Source of the DNA: an uncultured cyanobacterium
Lineage (GTDB): Bacteria > Cyanobacteriota > Cyanobacteriia > Cyanobacteriales > Cyanobacteriaceae
Assembly: GCA_963749915.1 (NCBI GenBank)
Contig: CAVVOP010000022.1
Span: forward strand, 448,001 to 512,000
Direction: 5' to 3'
DNA length: 64,000 nt
Made by a program: the position numbers and the translations under genes. The notes under the pieces were generated by a model. The model saw only the letters and a program-made list of their open reading frames with translations. It had not been told where the DNA came from and ran no database searches. The first letter of the stretch is position 1. Each line of letters begins with the position of its first letter. Below are positions 54,423-63,067 of this stretch, piece after piece.

Positions 54423-55761
54423 GGCTCTTCTACAGTGAGTATGACAAATTAAGTACAAAAACAAAGTCACAAAATGGTAAAATTTTACACAAGTGAAGCG
54501 ATCAGTTCTGATAAATAGATGCTACCTCGCTTTTAAACTATTAGGAAAATTAATCAAATTTTTAAATAAAACAATAATTTTTATCTTATGCCTTCTAATT
54601 CCTCTCTTCATCTTATCACTAAACTTATTAATTTTGAGGGAGTCAAAGCTACTGATTACCATTTTATTACTGACAACGAAATTTTAATTATATTATCGAA
54701 TCAAACATCAGAGTCAACTTGCCCTTATTGTCATACTATTACTAAAAAAATACACCAAGATCATTATTATCGAATTAGAGATATACCTTTGAGTGGTTAT
54801 GATGTGTTTTTAAATATTAACCGCCGTCAATTTCGATGTATTCATTGCCAGAAAATTTTTAGTGAAGAGTTAAATTTTGTCAAAAAAAGAAGGACTTATA
54901 CAACTAGATTGGCAGAGAAAGTAGTTAAGGAAGTGCTAGAAGGTGATATTTTAAACACTGCCAAAAGAAATGGAATAACTCCCAGAGAAATAGAAACCTT
55001 ATTAAAAGAAAAATCAGAGGATTTATTAGAAGAAAAACCAAAGGATTTAAAAAGATTAGGAATTGATGAAATAACTCAGTTAAAAGGAGGAAAGAATTAC
55101 GCCGCAGTGTTAGTGGATTTAGACAAAAAAAACCGATAGCAATTTTAGAAAACAGAAGTAAAGAGACAATCAGAAAATACCTGATAAGTTTAGGTTCTGA
55201 GGTATTAAATCAAATTGAAGAAGTCAGTATAGATTTGTGGATAGGATATAAAACTTTGGCATTGGAGTTAATGCCAAATGCAAACGTAGTAGCAGATAGA
55301 TTTCATGTAATGAAACAAATAAATGAAGAATTAGATCTGATGCGAAAAAAGCAAAAAAGGGCAGCTTCAGAAATCAAAAATGAAGTAGAAAAAGAGAAAT
55401 TAGAAGAAGTCAAAAAAGTAGCACCAGAGTTAATAATAATGTACGCAGAAAAAGAGGCATGGAGGGATATATTTGAAAGTGAAATAACAGCGGAAGAAGC
55501 ATTAGATAAAATAGCGGAATGGATGAAATCAGCACAGAAATATTTTCCCAAAAGTTGTCAAACAATAAGAAGATGGCTAGATGAAATATTAGGCTATTTT
55601 GACAACAGAACAAGTCAAGGTATAGTAGAAGGAATTAATCAAAAAATTAAGCTGATTAAGAGAAGAGCTTATGGCATGACAAATTTTGATAATTTTAGGC
55701 GAAGAATCTTATTAAATTGGTCTGTATCTTAAAAATGTATCATAGCTACTGTAGAAGAACC
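54423..55761 (+). mobile_element. ISL3-family IS, copy 2 (both IRs); transposase 54588-55732 frameshifted at an A8 run near 55125-55132
   Basis: Left IR GGCTCTTCTACAGT and right IR (reverse complement GGTTCTTCTACAGT). C-terminal TSQGIVEGINQKIKLIKRRAYG. Copy 1 has A9 at the frameshift site. Confidence 0.95.
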
Positions 55762-55799
55762 ATAATTTTTAACTTTATTCAGCATCCAGTAGAATCATT

Positions 55800-55846
55800 C
55801 TGACACCTGACACCTGACACCTGACACCTGACACCTGACACCTGAC
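55800..55846 (+). repeat. Heptamer tandem repeat (CTGACAC)x6.7, STRR-like
   Basis: Six perfect copies plus a partial copy. Confidence 0.95.
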
Positions 55847-55891
55847 TTCTAGTCTCACCAAAATCTCACAAATCAAAACTGATTGCTATAC

Positions 55892-57703
55892 TTACTTATA
55901 ATATTCAGCTTGGGTAGCAAATAGGTGGGCATAAGTACCCTGAAGTTTCATAAGTTCCTCATGAGTTCCACTCTCACTAATTGTGCCATTTTCCAGAACA
56001 AAAATACGATCTGTTAGCTTTACCGTAGAAAGACGGTGACTGATAATCAAAGTAGTTCGATTTTTGGCTAAATGACGAAATTTAGTTAGTACTTCCGCTT
56101 CTGCTTGGGGATCTAATGCACTGGTGGGTTCATCAAGAATAAGGATAGGACTTTTACGCAGATAAGCCCTAGCGATGGCAATTTTTTGCCATTCTCCGAT
56201 ACTTAATTCTTCTCCTCTTTCAAATTCGTGACCAAGAATAGTATCGTAACCATGAGGAAAACTGGCGATCATTTCTTCAACACCTGCGAAAGAGGCCGCT
56301 TGGCAAATATCCTGGGATTTATGTAGTAATCTCACATCCCCGAAGCCAATATTCTCTGTCACCGTAAGATTATAATGAGCATAATCTTGAAAAACAGCAC
56401 TAATTTGTTCCCGTAAAATTGAAGTATCGAATTGTCGTAGATCGATGCCGTCTATGGTAATATTACCATCGGTCGGGTCATAAAGACGGCATAACAGCTT
56501 AACGAGGGAACTTTTCCCCGCTCCATTTTTTCCCACAAGGGCAACGGTTTCCCCTGGCTTAATGGTAAAGTTAAGATCTTCCAACACGGGGCGAGAACTT
56601 TGAGCATAACAAAATTGAACGTTATGGAATTGAATTCCCACTTTCAACGGCTCAACAAAAGCACAAGGATGGCTAGGTTCTTCTACTGTCGGTTTTAAGT
56701 CGAGGAACTCATAGAAACTCGAAAGGAATAGACTGTTTTCATAAAGACTGGCTAAACTAGACAATGCTTCCCTCAATAAACTTTGACCCCTTTGAAATGC
56801 CTGATAATACATAACTAGGCTACCAATACTAATCTTCCCTTGAACCGTTTGGTGAGCAATAAAGCCAATAGAACCGAATACAGCCAGATTTCCACTCCAC
56901 TGGGTGATCACTTCTGCGAAAGAACGTTGAGTTGCCAGAGTTATTTTTTCTTTGCGAATAGAAGTGCGTAGTTGATTATATTGTTTGCGAAAACGAGAGC
57001 CTAAATTAAACAGGCGAATTTCTTTGGCATGAGTTTCGTGGGTAAGTAGCCAGTTAAAGTAATCTGCTAATCTTTGGTTTGGTGTCCATTCTCGCCAACG
57101 ACGGTAAAGTTTATCAGCATATTTAATTCGTATGATTAAACTAGGTACAACTGCAAGAAATAAGATAGTAACGATTCCCCAATGCAAAGATAAAAGTAAC
57201 AAGGAGATCGCCACTAGAGAAATTCCGCTTTGTCCTAGTTGGATCAACTGATTTAAAATTATTCTTGGACGATAAGGAGCTTCAGATTGGGCTCGATGTA
57301 AAGCGTCATAGAAAGAGTTATTTTCATAATACCCTAAGTCAACTTCGGTGGATTTAGCGTGGAGTAAATTTTGTACATCATCCGTTACAATTTCCGAGTG
57401 AGCCTCATTGACCACTGCCGACAAGGAACGAGACAAGTCAATAATCAGGGCAATAACAGCCGCAAAAACAATTAGCCCAATTATTTGCTTCATGTCACTG
57501 GTTTTAGTCTCTAAGCTCATAGTGACAGTGTCTATGATTTGTTTTGTTAGATACAGCGAGATAAGGGGAAGGAAACCTTGAACAAAGAGCAAACCAAAAG
57601 AAGCAATAGTTAGAGCGGAAGAGCTGTGCCAGGCAATTTCTACTGCTCGCCATAAAAAGAGTAAACGTTTGATTCTTTGCTTATTACGATAGTTGAAGGA
57701 CAA
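55892..57703 (-). CDS. ABC exporter (fused TMD-NBD) of the lasso peptide cluster
   Basis: TM region; GKNGAGKS, LSIGEWQKIAIARA, ILDEPT, ISHRLS; divergent from the lasso operon. Confidence 0.9.
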   Translation of the reverse strand: MSFNYRNKQRIKRLLFLWRAVEIAWHSSSALTIASFGLLFVQGFLPLISLYLTKQIIDTVTMSLETKTSDMKQIIGLIVFAAVIALIIDLSRSLSAVVNEAHSEIVTDDVQNLLHAKSTEVDLGYYENNSFYDALHRAQSEAPYRPRIILNQLIQLGQSGISLVAISLLLLSLHWGIVTILFLAVVPSLIIRIKYADKLYRRWREWTPNQRLADYFNWLLTHETHAKEIRLFNLGSRFRKQYNQLRTSIRKEKITLATQRSFAEVITQWSGNLAVFGSIGFIAHQTVQGKISIGSLVMYYQAFQRGQSLLREALSSLASLYENSLFLSSFYEFLDLKPTVEEPSHPCAFVEPLKVGIQFHNVQFCYAQSSRPVLEDLNFTIKPGETVALVGKNGAGKSSLVKLLCRLYDPTDGNITIDGIDLRQFDTSILREQISAVFQDYAHYNLTVTENIGFGDVRLLHKSQDICQAASFAGVEEMIASFPHGYDTILGHEFERGEELSIGEWQKIAIARAYLRKSPILILDEPTSALDPQAEAEVLTKFRHLAKNRTTLIISHRLSTVKLTDRIFVLENGTISESGTHEELMKLQGTYAHLFATQAEYYK

Positions 57704-57770
57704 AATTTAACCGAACCTCACTATTTGCAATTAATATAGGATTTTACTTATTCTAGTAAAATTAATATTT

Positions 57771-58970
57771 ATGATGATGATGACTATAACTTCTAATCAC
57801 CCGCAAAAGTCAGAAATAGAGTTTTTATTGTGTTGTACCCAACCGGAGCTGACCACAACTCAAAAAGATCATTTGCTCCATCTTGGAAAACAAGAACTTG
57901 ACTGGTCATACTTAATTTCCTTTGCCTCTGAACATGGGCTTATGCCCTTACTTTATCGTCAACTTAAAGTCACATGCCCTGATATTGTCCCCGAAAAGAT
58001 ACTGATTCAGTTACGCCAATATTCTCTGGCTAAAACAGCAAGAAACATGGCTATGACAGCAGAATTGATCAGGATACTCAATCTTTGTAAAGATCAACAA
58101 ATCCCCATGCTCTCTTTTAAAGGACCTCTTCTTGCTCAACTTGCCTATGGAGATCTTAGTTTTCGGGAATTTGGGGATTTGGACTTACTAATTACTGAAT
58201 CTGAGTTACCTAAAGTTCATAAATTACTTTTAGCTCAGGGCTATCAACCCCTGTACAATATCAAAGATTCACAGATCGAAGTTTATGGAAAATTGCAACA
58301 CGAATTAGCCTACTCCCATGAAGCTAAAGGTATAATTATCGACTTACACTGGTCTATTGTGCACAAATATTTTTCTTTTTCTCCCTCATCTAAGTTTATT
58401 TGGTCAAAACTTGATCAGATCAACTTAAATAATCACAAAGTCGAAACTTTATCACTGGAAATCTTAATTGTTTTTTTATGTGCTCACTCAGCTAAACATG
58501 GTTGGTCAGATCTTTCCTTAATTTGTGAACTAGCCCATTTATTAAAACGCCATCCGCAAATTGATTGGGAAATAATCGAATCTTATATGGGAAATCTAGG
58601 AGGTCGAACTATGGTATTGCTGAGTCTGAGTTTAACTCAAACAATTTATGGAACAAATTTGCCCAAAAATATTTGTCAACAAATAATAAAATCTGAACCC
58701 ATTTTGACTAAACTTTCTGCCCAAGTTGAAGAACAAATCTTTTCCCCCAGAAATAAGCTATTAGATATTTTTTCCCCGAATTTTTTGTATTCTCAAAGTA
58801 TGGAATCTTGGCAAGACCGTTTTCTGTATTGGCTCAATGTTTCTACAACTCCTACTTCTATTGAGATGGAGGCAATTTCCTTACCAACAATTTTATTTCC
58901 CCTTTATTATCCGATCAGGATATTTAGACTAAGCTACAAGCACTTAAAAAAGTTTTTCATCAAAAATTAA
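57771..58970 (+). CDS. Nucleotidyltransferase family protein (NTP_transf_5-like), lasso cluster
   Basis: FKGPLLA..AY...SFREFGDLDLLI, IDLHW, HSAKHGW. Confidence 0.85.
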   Translation: MMMMTITSNHPQKSEIEFLLCCTQPELTTTQKDHLLHLGKQELDWSYLISFASEHGLMPLLYRQLKVTCPDIVPEKILIQLRQYSLAKTARNMAMTAELIRILNLCKDQQIPMLSFKGPLLAQLAYGDLSFREFGDLDLLITESELPKVHKLLLAQGYQPLYNIKDSQIEVYGKLQHELAYSHEAKGIIIDLHWSIVHKYFSFSPSSKFIWSKLDQINLNNHKVETLSLEILIVFLCAHSAKHGWSDLSLICELAHLLKRHPQIDWEIIESYMGNLGGRTMVLLSLSLTQTIYGTNLPKNICQQIIKSEPILTKLSAQVEEQIFSPRNKLLDIFSPNFLYSQSMESWQDRFLYWLNVSTTPTSIEMEAISLPTILFPLYYPIRIFRLSYKHLKKFFIKN

Positions 58971-59032
58971 CTTACCCAAACTTTGTTATATTAAAGGCGA
59001 AATAATTATAAATTAGTTTGAAGAATTAGATT

Positions 59033-59305
59033 ATGAAGGTAATGGTACCTGAGTCCGTTTTGGTGCAAAATTTAGATAATGAGTCAGTATTGCTGAATAT
59101 TGATACAGAGCAGTATTTTGGCTTGGATGATGTAGGCTCTCAGATGTGGGATCTTCTCAAAACCAGTGAATCAGTAGAAAATGCTACAGAAAAACTGCTA
59201 GAAATATACGATGCAGAAAAAGAACAATTGTACAAAGATTTACTGGAATTCATCGAAAAATTATCAGAACATGGTTTATTACAAATTATTAAAACGCGAG
59301 ATTAA
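59033..59305 (+). CDS. PqqD-family RiPP recognition element (lasso B1)
   Basis: ESVLLNIDTEQYFGLDDVGSQMWDLL...DLLEFIEKLSEHGLL. Confidence 0.92.
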   Translation: MKVMVPESVLVQNLDNESVLLNIDTEQYFGLDDVGSQMWDLLKTSESVENATEKLLEIYDAEKEQLYKDLLEFIEKLSEHGLLQIIKTRD

Positions 59306-59729
59306 TTCATTATTACAGTTATCTTCTCATGGGCGAAAATTACTGTTACAAGCTCTGATTTTATTCCCGTTAGTTCATCTTTCTCTAACATTAAAGGGAT
59401 TAAAACAAACTCAATCCTTGCTTGCTAATTTTGTTTCTAAAGCCCAAATTACTCCCCAAAAAAACACTGAGGTGGTTTGCTTTACGGAAAAAATAGTGGC
59501 CATCGCATCTCGCTACAGTCGTCCTTGGGGAAGCTGTTTGAGACGATCTCTTGTCTTATGGTTTTTGTTGCGCCGTGAAGGAGTTGAGAGTCAGTTACGC
59601 ATTGGGGTAAAACGAGAAAAAGACCAATTTTCCGCTCATGCTTGGGTAGAGTGGGACGGAGTTGTTTTAAATGACCAGTCCAACGTGGGAGATGAATTTG
59701 CTATGTTTGAAAATTTACGAGTTCTTTAA
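59271..59729 (+). CDS. Lasso peptide leader peptidase B2 (transglutaminase-like)
   Basis: SCLRRSL (Cys), LRIGV, AHAWVE (His), VLND (Asp); ATG 59271 preferred over 59211. Confidence 0.92.
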   Translation: MVYYKLLKREINSLLQLSSHGRKLLLQALILFPLVHLSLTLKGLKQTQSLLANFVSKAQITPQKNTEVVCFTEKIVAIASRYSRPWGSCLRRSLVLWFLLRREGVESQLRIGVKREKDQFSAHAWVEWDGVVLNDQSNVGDEFAMFENLRVL

Positions 59730-59741
59730 TGACGATATCCT

Positions 59742-60719
59742 ATGGCTATATATAAATATAAATATGTTGATGTAATTTTTATAAGCAATATTTTTTTACC
59801 GAGCCTTTCTGTCATTAACGGGGATACTTTTGACTATATTTTCCAACTGGGATGCTCATCTTCTCGTAATAGAATATTTGGTGGTGACTGGATACACCAT
59901 TGGACTTTTGCCAATGAGGAAGTATGGCTTTCCTTAGGGAAAGAAGAAAATGAATACTATCTTAAATTTCCTGATATAGCTGACTTCTACTTCTCCCCCG
60001 AAAACAAGACCATTGATTGCTATGAGCAACCCGATATTTCCATCGAAACCATTAGGCACTTATTACTCAATGTAGTTATGCCTCTTGTTCTCACTTACAG
60101 AGGGAAATATTTTCTTCATGTAGGTGCCATAGATCTAAAAGAGATTGGAGTCGCTTTTCTGGGGAAATCAGGTTTTGGCAAATCAACTTTAACCACTAGC
60201 TTTGGGCAAAAAGGGTTTCCCATAATTACAGACGATTGTGTAGTTGTGGAGCAAGATCAAGATAAATTTACCCTTATGCCTGCACCCCCACAGTTGCGAT
60301 TATGGGATGAGTCCATCGATTTCTTATTTGCACAAAAAAAACCCCATTTATCTCGAGGAGTTAACTATACAAACAAAGCACACTTATATGAAGCGGATGC
60401 TATGGGGATTGTGTTTTCCAGTGAAATTGTTCCACTCGGGTGTATATACGTTCTCTGTTCCCCTGAATCGGTGGAAGAATTGGATACCACCATTGACATT
60501 AAGCGATTATCCTCAAGAGAAGCGATGTTTCACTTACTTGAGTCCGTATTTCGCTTCGACATTAGTGACAAATCAAGAGTGGCACAAGAGTTTGATTTCC
60601 TTAGTAAAATTGCACGCTCTGTACCTTGTTTCCATCTTCGTTATCCCAGAAATTTTAATCTTTTGTCCGAGGTACAATCAGCAGTCGTCGAGAACACTCT
60701 AAGGGAGATAAAAGTATGA
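59742..60719 (+). CDS. HPr-kinase-like kinase of the lasso cluster
   Basis: LHVGAI (His), Walker A GKSGFGKST, ITDD di-aspartate. Confidence 0.85.
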   Translation: MAIYKYKYVDVIFISNIFLPSLSVINGDTFDYIFQLGCSSSRNRIFGGDWIHHWTFANEEVWLSLGKEENEYYLKFPDIADFYFSPENKTIDCYEQPDISIETIRHLLLNVVMPLVLTYRGKYFLHVGAIDLKEIGVAFLGKSGFGKSTLTTSFGQKGFPIITDDCVVVEQDQDKFTLMPAPPQLRLWDESIDFLFAQKKPHLSRGVNYTNKAHLYEADAMGIVFSSEIVPLGCIYVLCSPESVEELDTTIDIKRLSSREAMFHLLESVFRFDISDKSRVAQEFDFLSKIARSVPCFHLRYPRNFNLLSEVQSAVVENTLREIKV

Positions 60720-62635
60720 GTGGAATTGCAGGAGTTGTCCATTGGCATAGAGAACCAGTTAAATCCCATGAACTAGAACAAATGATAGTAAAACTACATC
60801 ATCGTGGACCCCATGGAAGAGGTATTTGGCTTGAGGGTTTTTGCGGTTTAGGTAATACACTGCTGTGGAATACTCCCGAATCCTTACAGGAAAAACTACC
60901 ATCGACCTCTGCTGAGGGAAATTTAGTCATTACCGCCGATGTTCGCCTAGATAACCGAGAGGAACTAATTGAGGCTCTAGGAATCACTAACAGCCATTCC
61001 TGGGAGGTTACTGACAGCGATCTAATTCTCGGTGCTTATCAAAAGTGGGGGCAAACTTGTCCGCAAAAATTACTCGGTGACTTTGCTTTTGCCATTTGGG
61101 ACTCCCGACAAGAGCAACTATTTTGTGCTAGGGATCATTTTGGCTGTAAACCTTTAATCTATTATCACTCAAATGGTATTTTCGCCTTTGCCTCAGAAGT
61201 TAAGGCTTTATTTTGTCTGGGAGACGTTCCTCGGCGTATTAATGAAGGGAGAATAGCCGATTTTTTGGTAATGACCCTAGAACGTATCGATAAAACTTCT
61301 ACTTTTTATGAAAATATTTTTAAATTGCCTCCTGCCCATACTTTGACCATCAATAGAGAGAAATGTTCTTTGGAGTGTTATTGGAATCTTGATAGCAGTA
61401 AGGAAATTCACTACTCATCAGATCAAGATTATGAAGACGCTTTTCTCGAAATCTTTACCGAGGCTGTAAGCTGTCGCCTCCGTAGTCATTCCTTAGTGGG
61501 TTCTATGCTCAGTGGGGGCATGGACTCCTCTTCGATTGTCTGTATTGCCCGTGAGCTTCTTTTGCAAAAAGGAGAATTACTCCATACCTTTTCTGGGGTT
61601 TCTGATGATAGACAAACCTGTTGTGAAAGTCCATTTATTGAGGCAATTCTTGGTTTGGGGGGGTTGAATGCGGAAGTAATTGGAGCAGATGAAGTGAAGT
61701 CTTTTTTACCAGATGTTCATAATTTATTCACACACACCGATGACTTATTTGACTTTCTCCTACATGGCATCACCTTAGTAACTTACAGTGCCGCCCACCG
61801 AAAAGGACTTCATGTGATGATGACTGGTTTAGACGGTGATTTAGTGGTTTCACAAAGGGAAATAATTTTGAGGAAGTTTTTACGCACAGGAAAGTTCAGT
61901 CGTGCTTATGAAGAAGCCCAAGCAATGACGAAGTTAAAAGGTTTATGGGGAGATAACTCCCCGACAAAATTACTCTGGAATGGTGGTTTAAAACCCCTCC
62001 TACCCCAGATTATCAAACAAAGTTGGCGGCTACTAAGCTCTAAAAAGAAAAACCAAGCAGATATTCAAAGCAGTCTTATTTCCGAGGAGTTTGCCCGACG
62101 GGTAAATTTAGAAGAACGCTTAGAAACTCTTTCCATAAATCTGGGAAAATATAAAGTGTTAAAAACAGCTAGAGAAGTTCATCAAAACTCCTTGGATGTT
62201 CCTAATCTCACCGTCGCCCTTGATAGATACGAAAGAGTTGCCGCATTCTATTCCATTGAACCGCGTCATCCCCTTCTCGATAAAAGATTGGTCGAGTTCT
62301 GTCTATCCCTTCCTGGTGAGCAAAAAGTTCGCCAAGGATGGACAAAATCCATTCTCAGAAGGGCAATGGTCGGGAAAGTGCCGGATTCCGTACGCTGGCG
62401 ACACGATTGTGATAATGTACAGCCTGCTTTTACAAAAAGTATGTTACGTCATCAACAAGAATATCTCCCAGATTGTATTGCTGAATGTGCTACTGAGTTA
62501 AAGGATTATGTTAATGTAAAAGAGCTTGAAAAACAGTACTTTCAGTGTTACGCCACAGAAACTGTTAACGAAGACGCAGGATGGAAAGTTTGGCCTACCG
62601 TCATCTTGGCTACGTGGCTTCGTGACCACAGGTAA
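60716..62635 (+). CDS. Lasso cyclase (asparagine synthetase-like C protein)
   Basis: MSGIAG (Ser in place of the glutaminase Cys), GDFAFAIWD, ARDHFG, LSGGMDSS, TGLDGD, RHPLLDKRLVEF; overlaps the kinase stop. Confidence 0.92.
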   Translation: MSGIAGVVHWHREPVKSHELEQMIVKLHHRGPHGRGIWLEGFCGLGNTLLWNTPESLQEKLPSTSAEGNLVITADVRLDNREELIEALGITNSHSWEVTDSDLILGAYQKWGQTCPQKLLGDFAFAIWDSRQEQLFCARDHFGCKPLIYYHSNGIFAFASEVKALFCLGDVPRRINEGRIADFLVMTLERIDKTSTFYENIFKLPPAHTLTINREKCSLECYWNLDSSKEIHYSSDQDYEDAFLEIFTEAVSCRLRSHSLVGSMLSGGMDSSSIVCIARELLLQKGELLHTFSGVSDDRQTCCESPFIEAILGLGGLNAEVIGADEVKSFLPDVHNLFTHTDDLFDFLLHGITLVTYSAAHRKGLHVMMTGLDGDLVVSQREIILRKFLRTGKFSRAYEEAQAMTKLKGLWGDNSPTKLLWNGGLKPLLPQIIKQSWRLLSSKKKNQADIQSSLISEEFARRVNLEERLETLSINLGKYKVLKTAREVHQNSLDVPNLTVALDRYERVAAFYSIEPRHPLLDKRLVEFCLSLPGEQKVRQGWTKSILRRAMVGKVPDSVRWRHDCDNVQPAFTKSMLRHQQEYLPDCIAECATELKDYVNVKELEKQYFQCYATETVNEDAGWKVWPTVILATWLRDHR

Positions 62636-62652
62636 AATTACTTAGTGAGTTA

Positions 62653-62681
62653 TTGACATATACATAATTAAATAATATGAT
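62653..62681 (+). promoter_or_regulatory. Near-consensus sigma70-type promoter for the lasso precursor
   Basis: TTGACA (62653-62658), 17 nt, TATGAT (62676-62681); ends 36 nt before the ATG. Confidence 0.75.
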
Positions 62682-62717
62682 TACGGTCGTCAACGTATTC
62701 AAAAAAATTTTCTTCCA

Positions 62718-62849
62718 ATGAAAAACCAAAATCTCAAAAAATATCACCCTCCTAAACTGGAAATTTATGGTAATGTTTCTAAACTGACTCAGGGTGGTAG
62801 TTCAGGTACCCCGGAAACAGCCATGAATCCCATAGGGGCACGACCATAA
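62718..62849 (+). CDS. Lasso peptide precursor (43 aa; not in the ORF track)
   Basis: MKNQNLKKYHPPKLEIYGNVSKLTQ-GGSSGTPETAMNPIGARP*: YxxPxL motif, Gly, Thr at -2, core Gly1 with Glu8. Confidence 0.92.
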   Translation: MKNQNLKKYHPPKLEIYGNVSKLTQGGSSGTPETAMNPIGARP

Positions 62850-63067
62850 ATTTAGCTCAAATGCAATCATAGTCTTTAATCTGGTCAAAACTGTTAGGGC
62901 GTTTTTATCTTCGAAAGGAAATACTACTGTTGATGAACATAGACTTTCTCGGCCTGTTTCTGAACTGGTAAGTTTTTGTTGATAAATCACATTACCCTAA
63001 CGACCAGATCTTAATAATAAATATTATTTTGTCTAAGTTTGTTCATAATTCTCAATCTATCAAAATT

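Noticed and set aside
55800..55846. CRISPR array
   Set aside because: Tandem heptamers without spacers; no repeat-spacer array or cas gene seen anywhere in the window
60716..62635. Housekeeping asparagine synthetase AsnB
   Set aside because: N-terminal catalytic Cys is replaced by Ser and the gene is coupled to B1, B2 and a precursor, so it is a lasso cyclase
62802..62990. 62-aa minus-strand ORF
   Set aside because: Antisense to the much better supported lasso precursor; no motifs
62850..63067. Second lasso precursor
   Set aside because: Only tiny ORFs here (e.g. MNIDFLGLFLNW*), with no YxxPxL or Thr(-2)/Gly1 pattern
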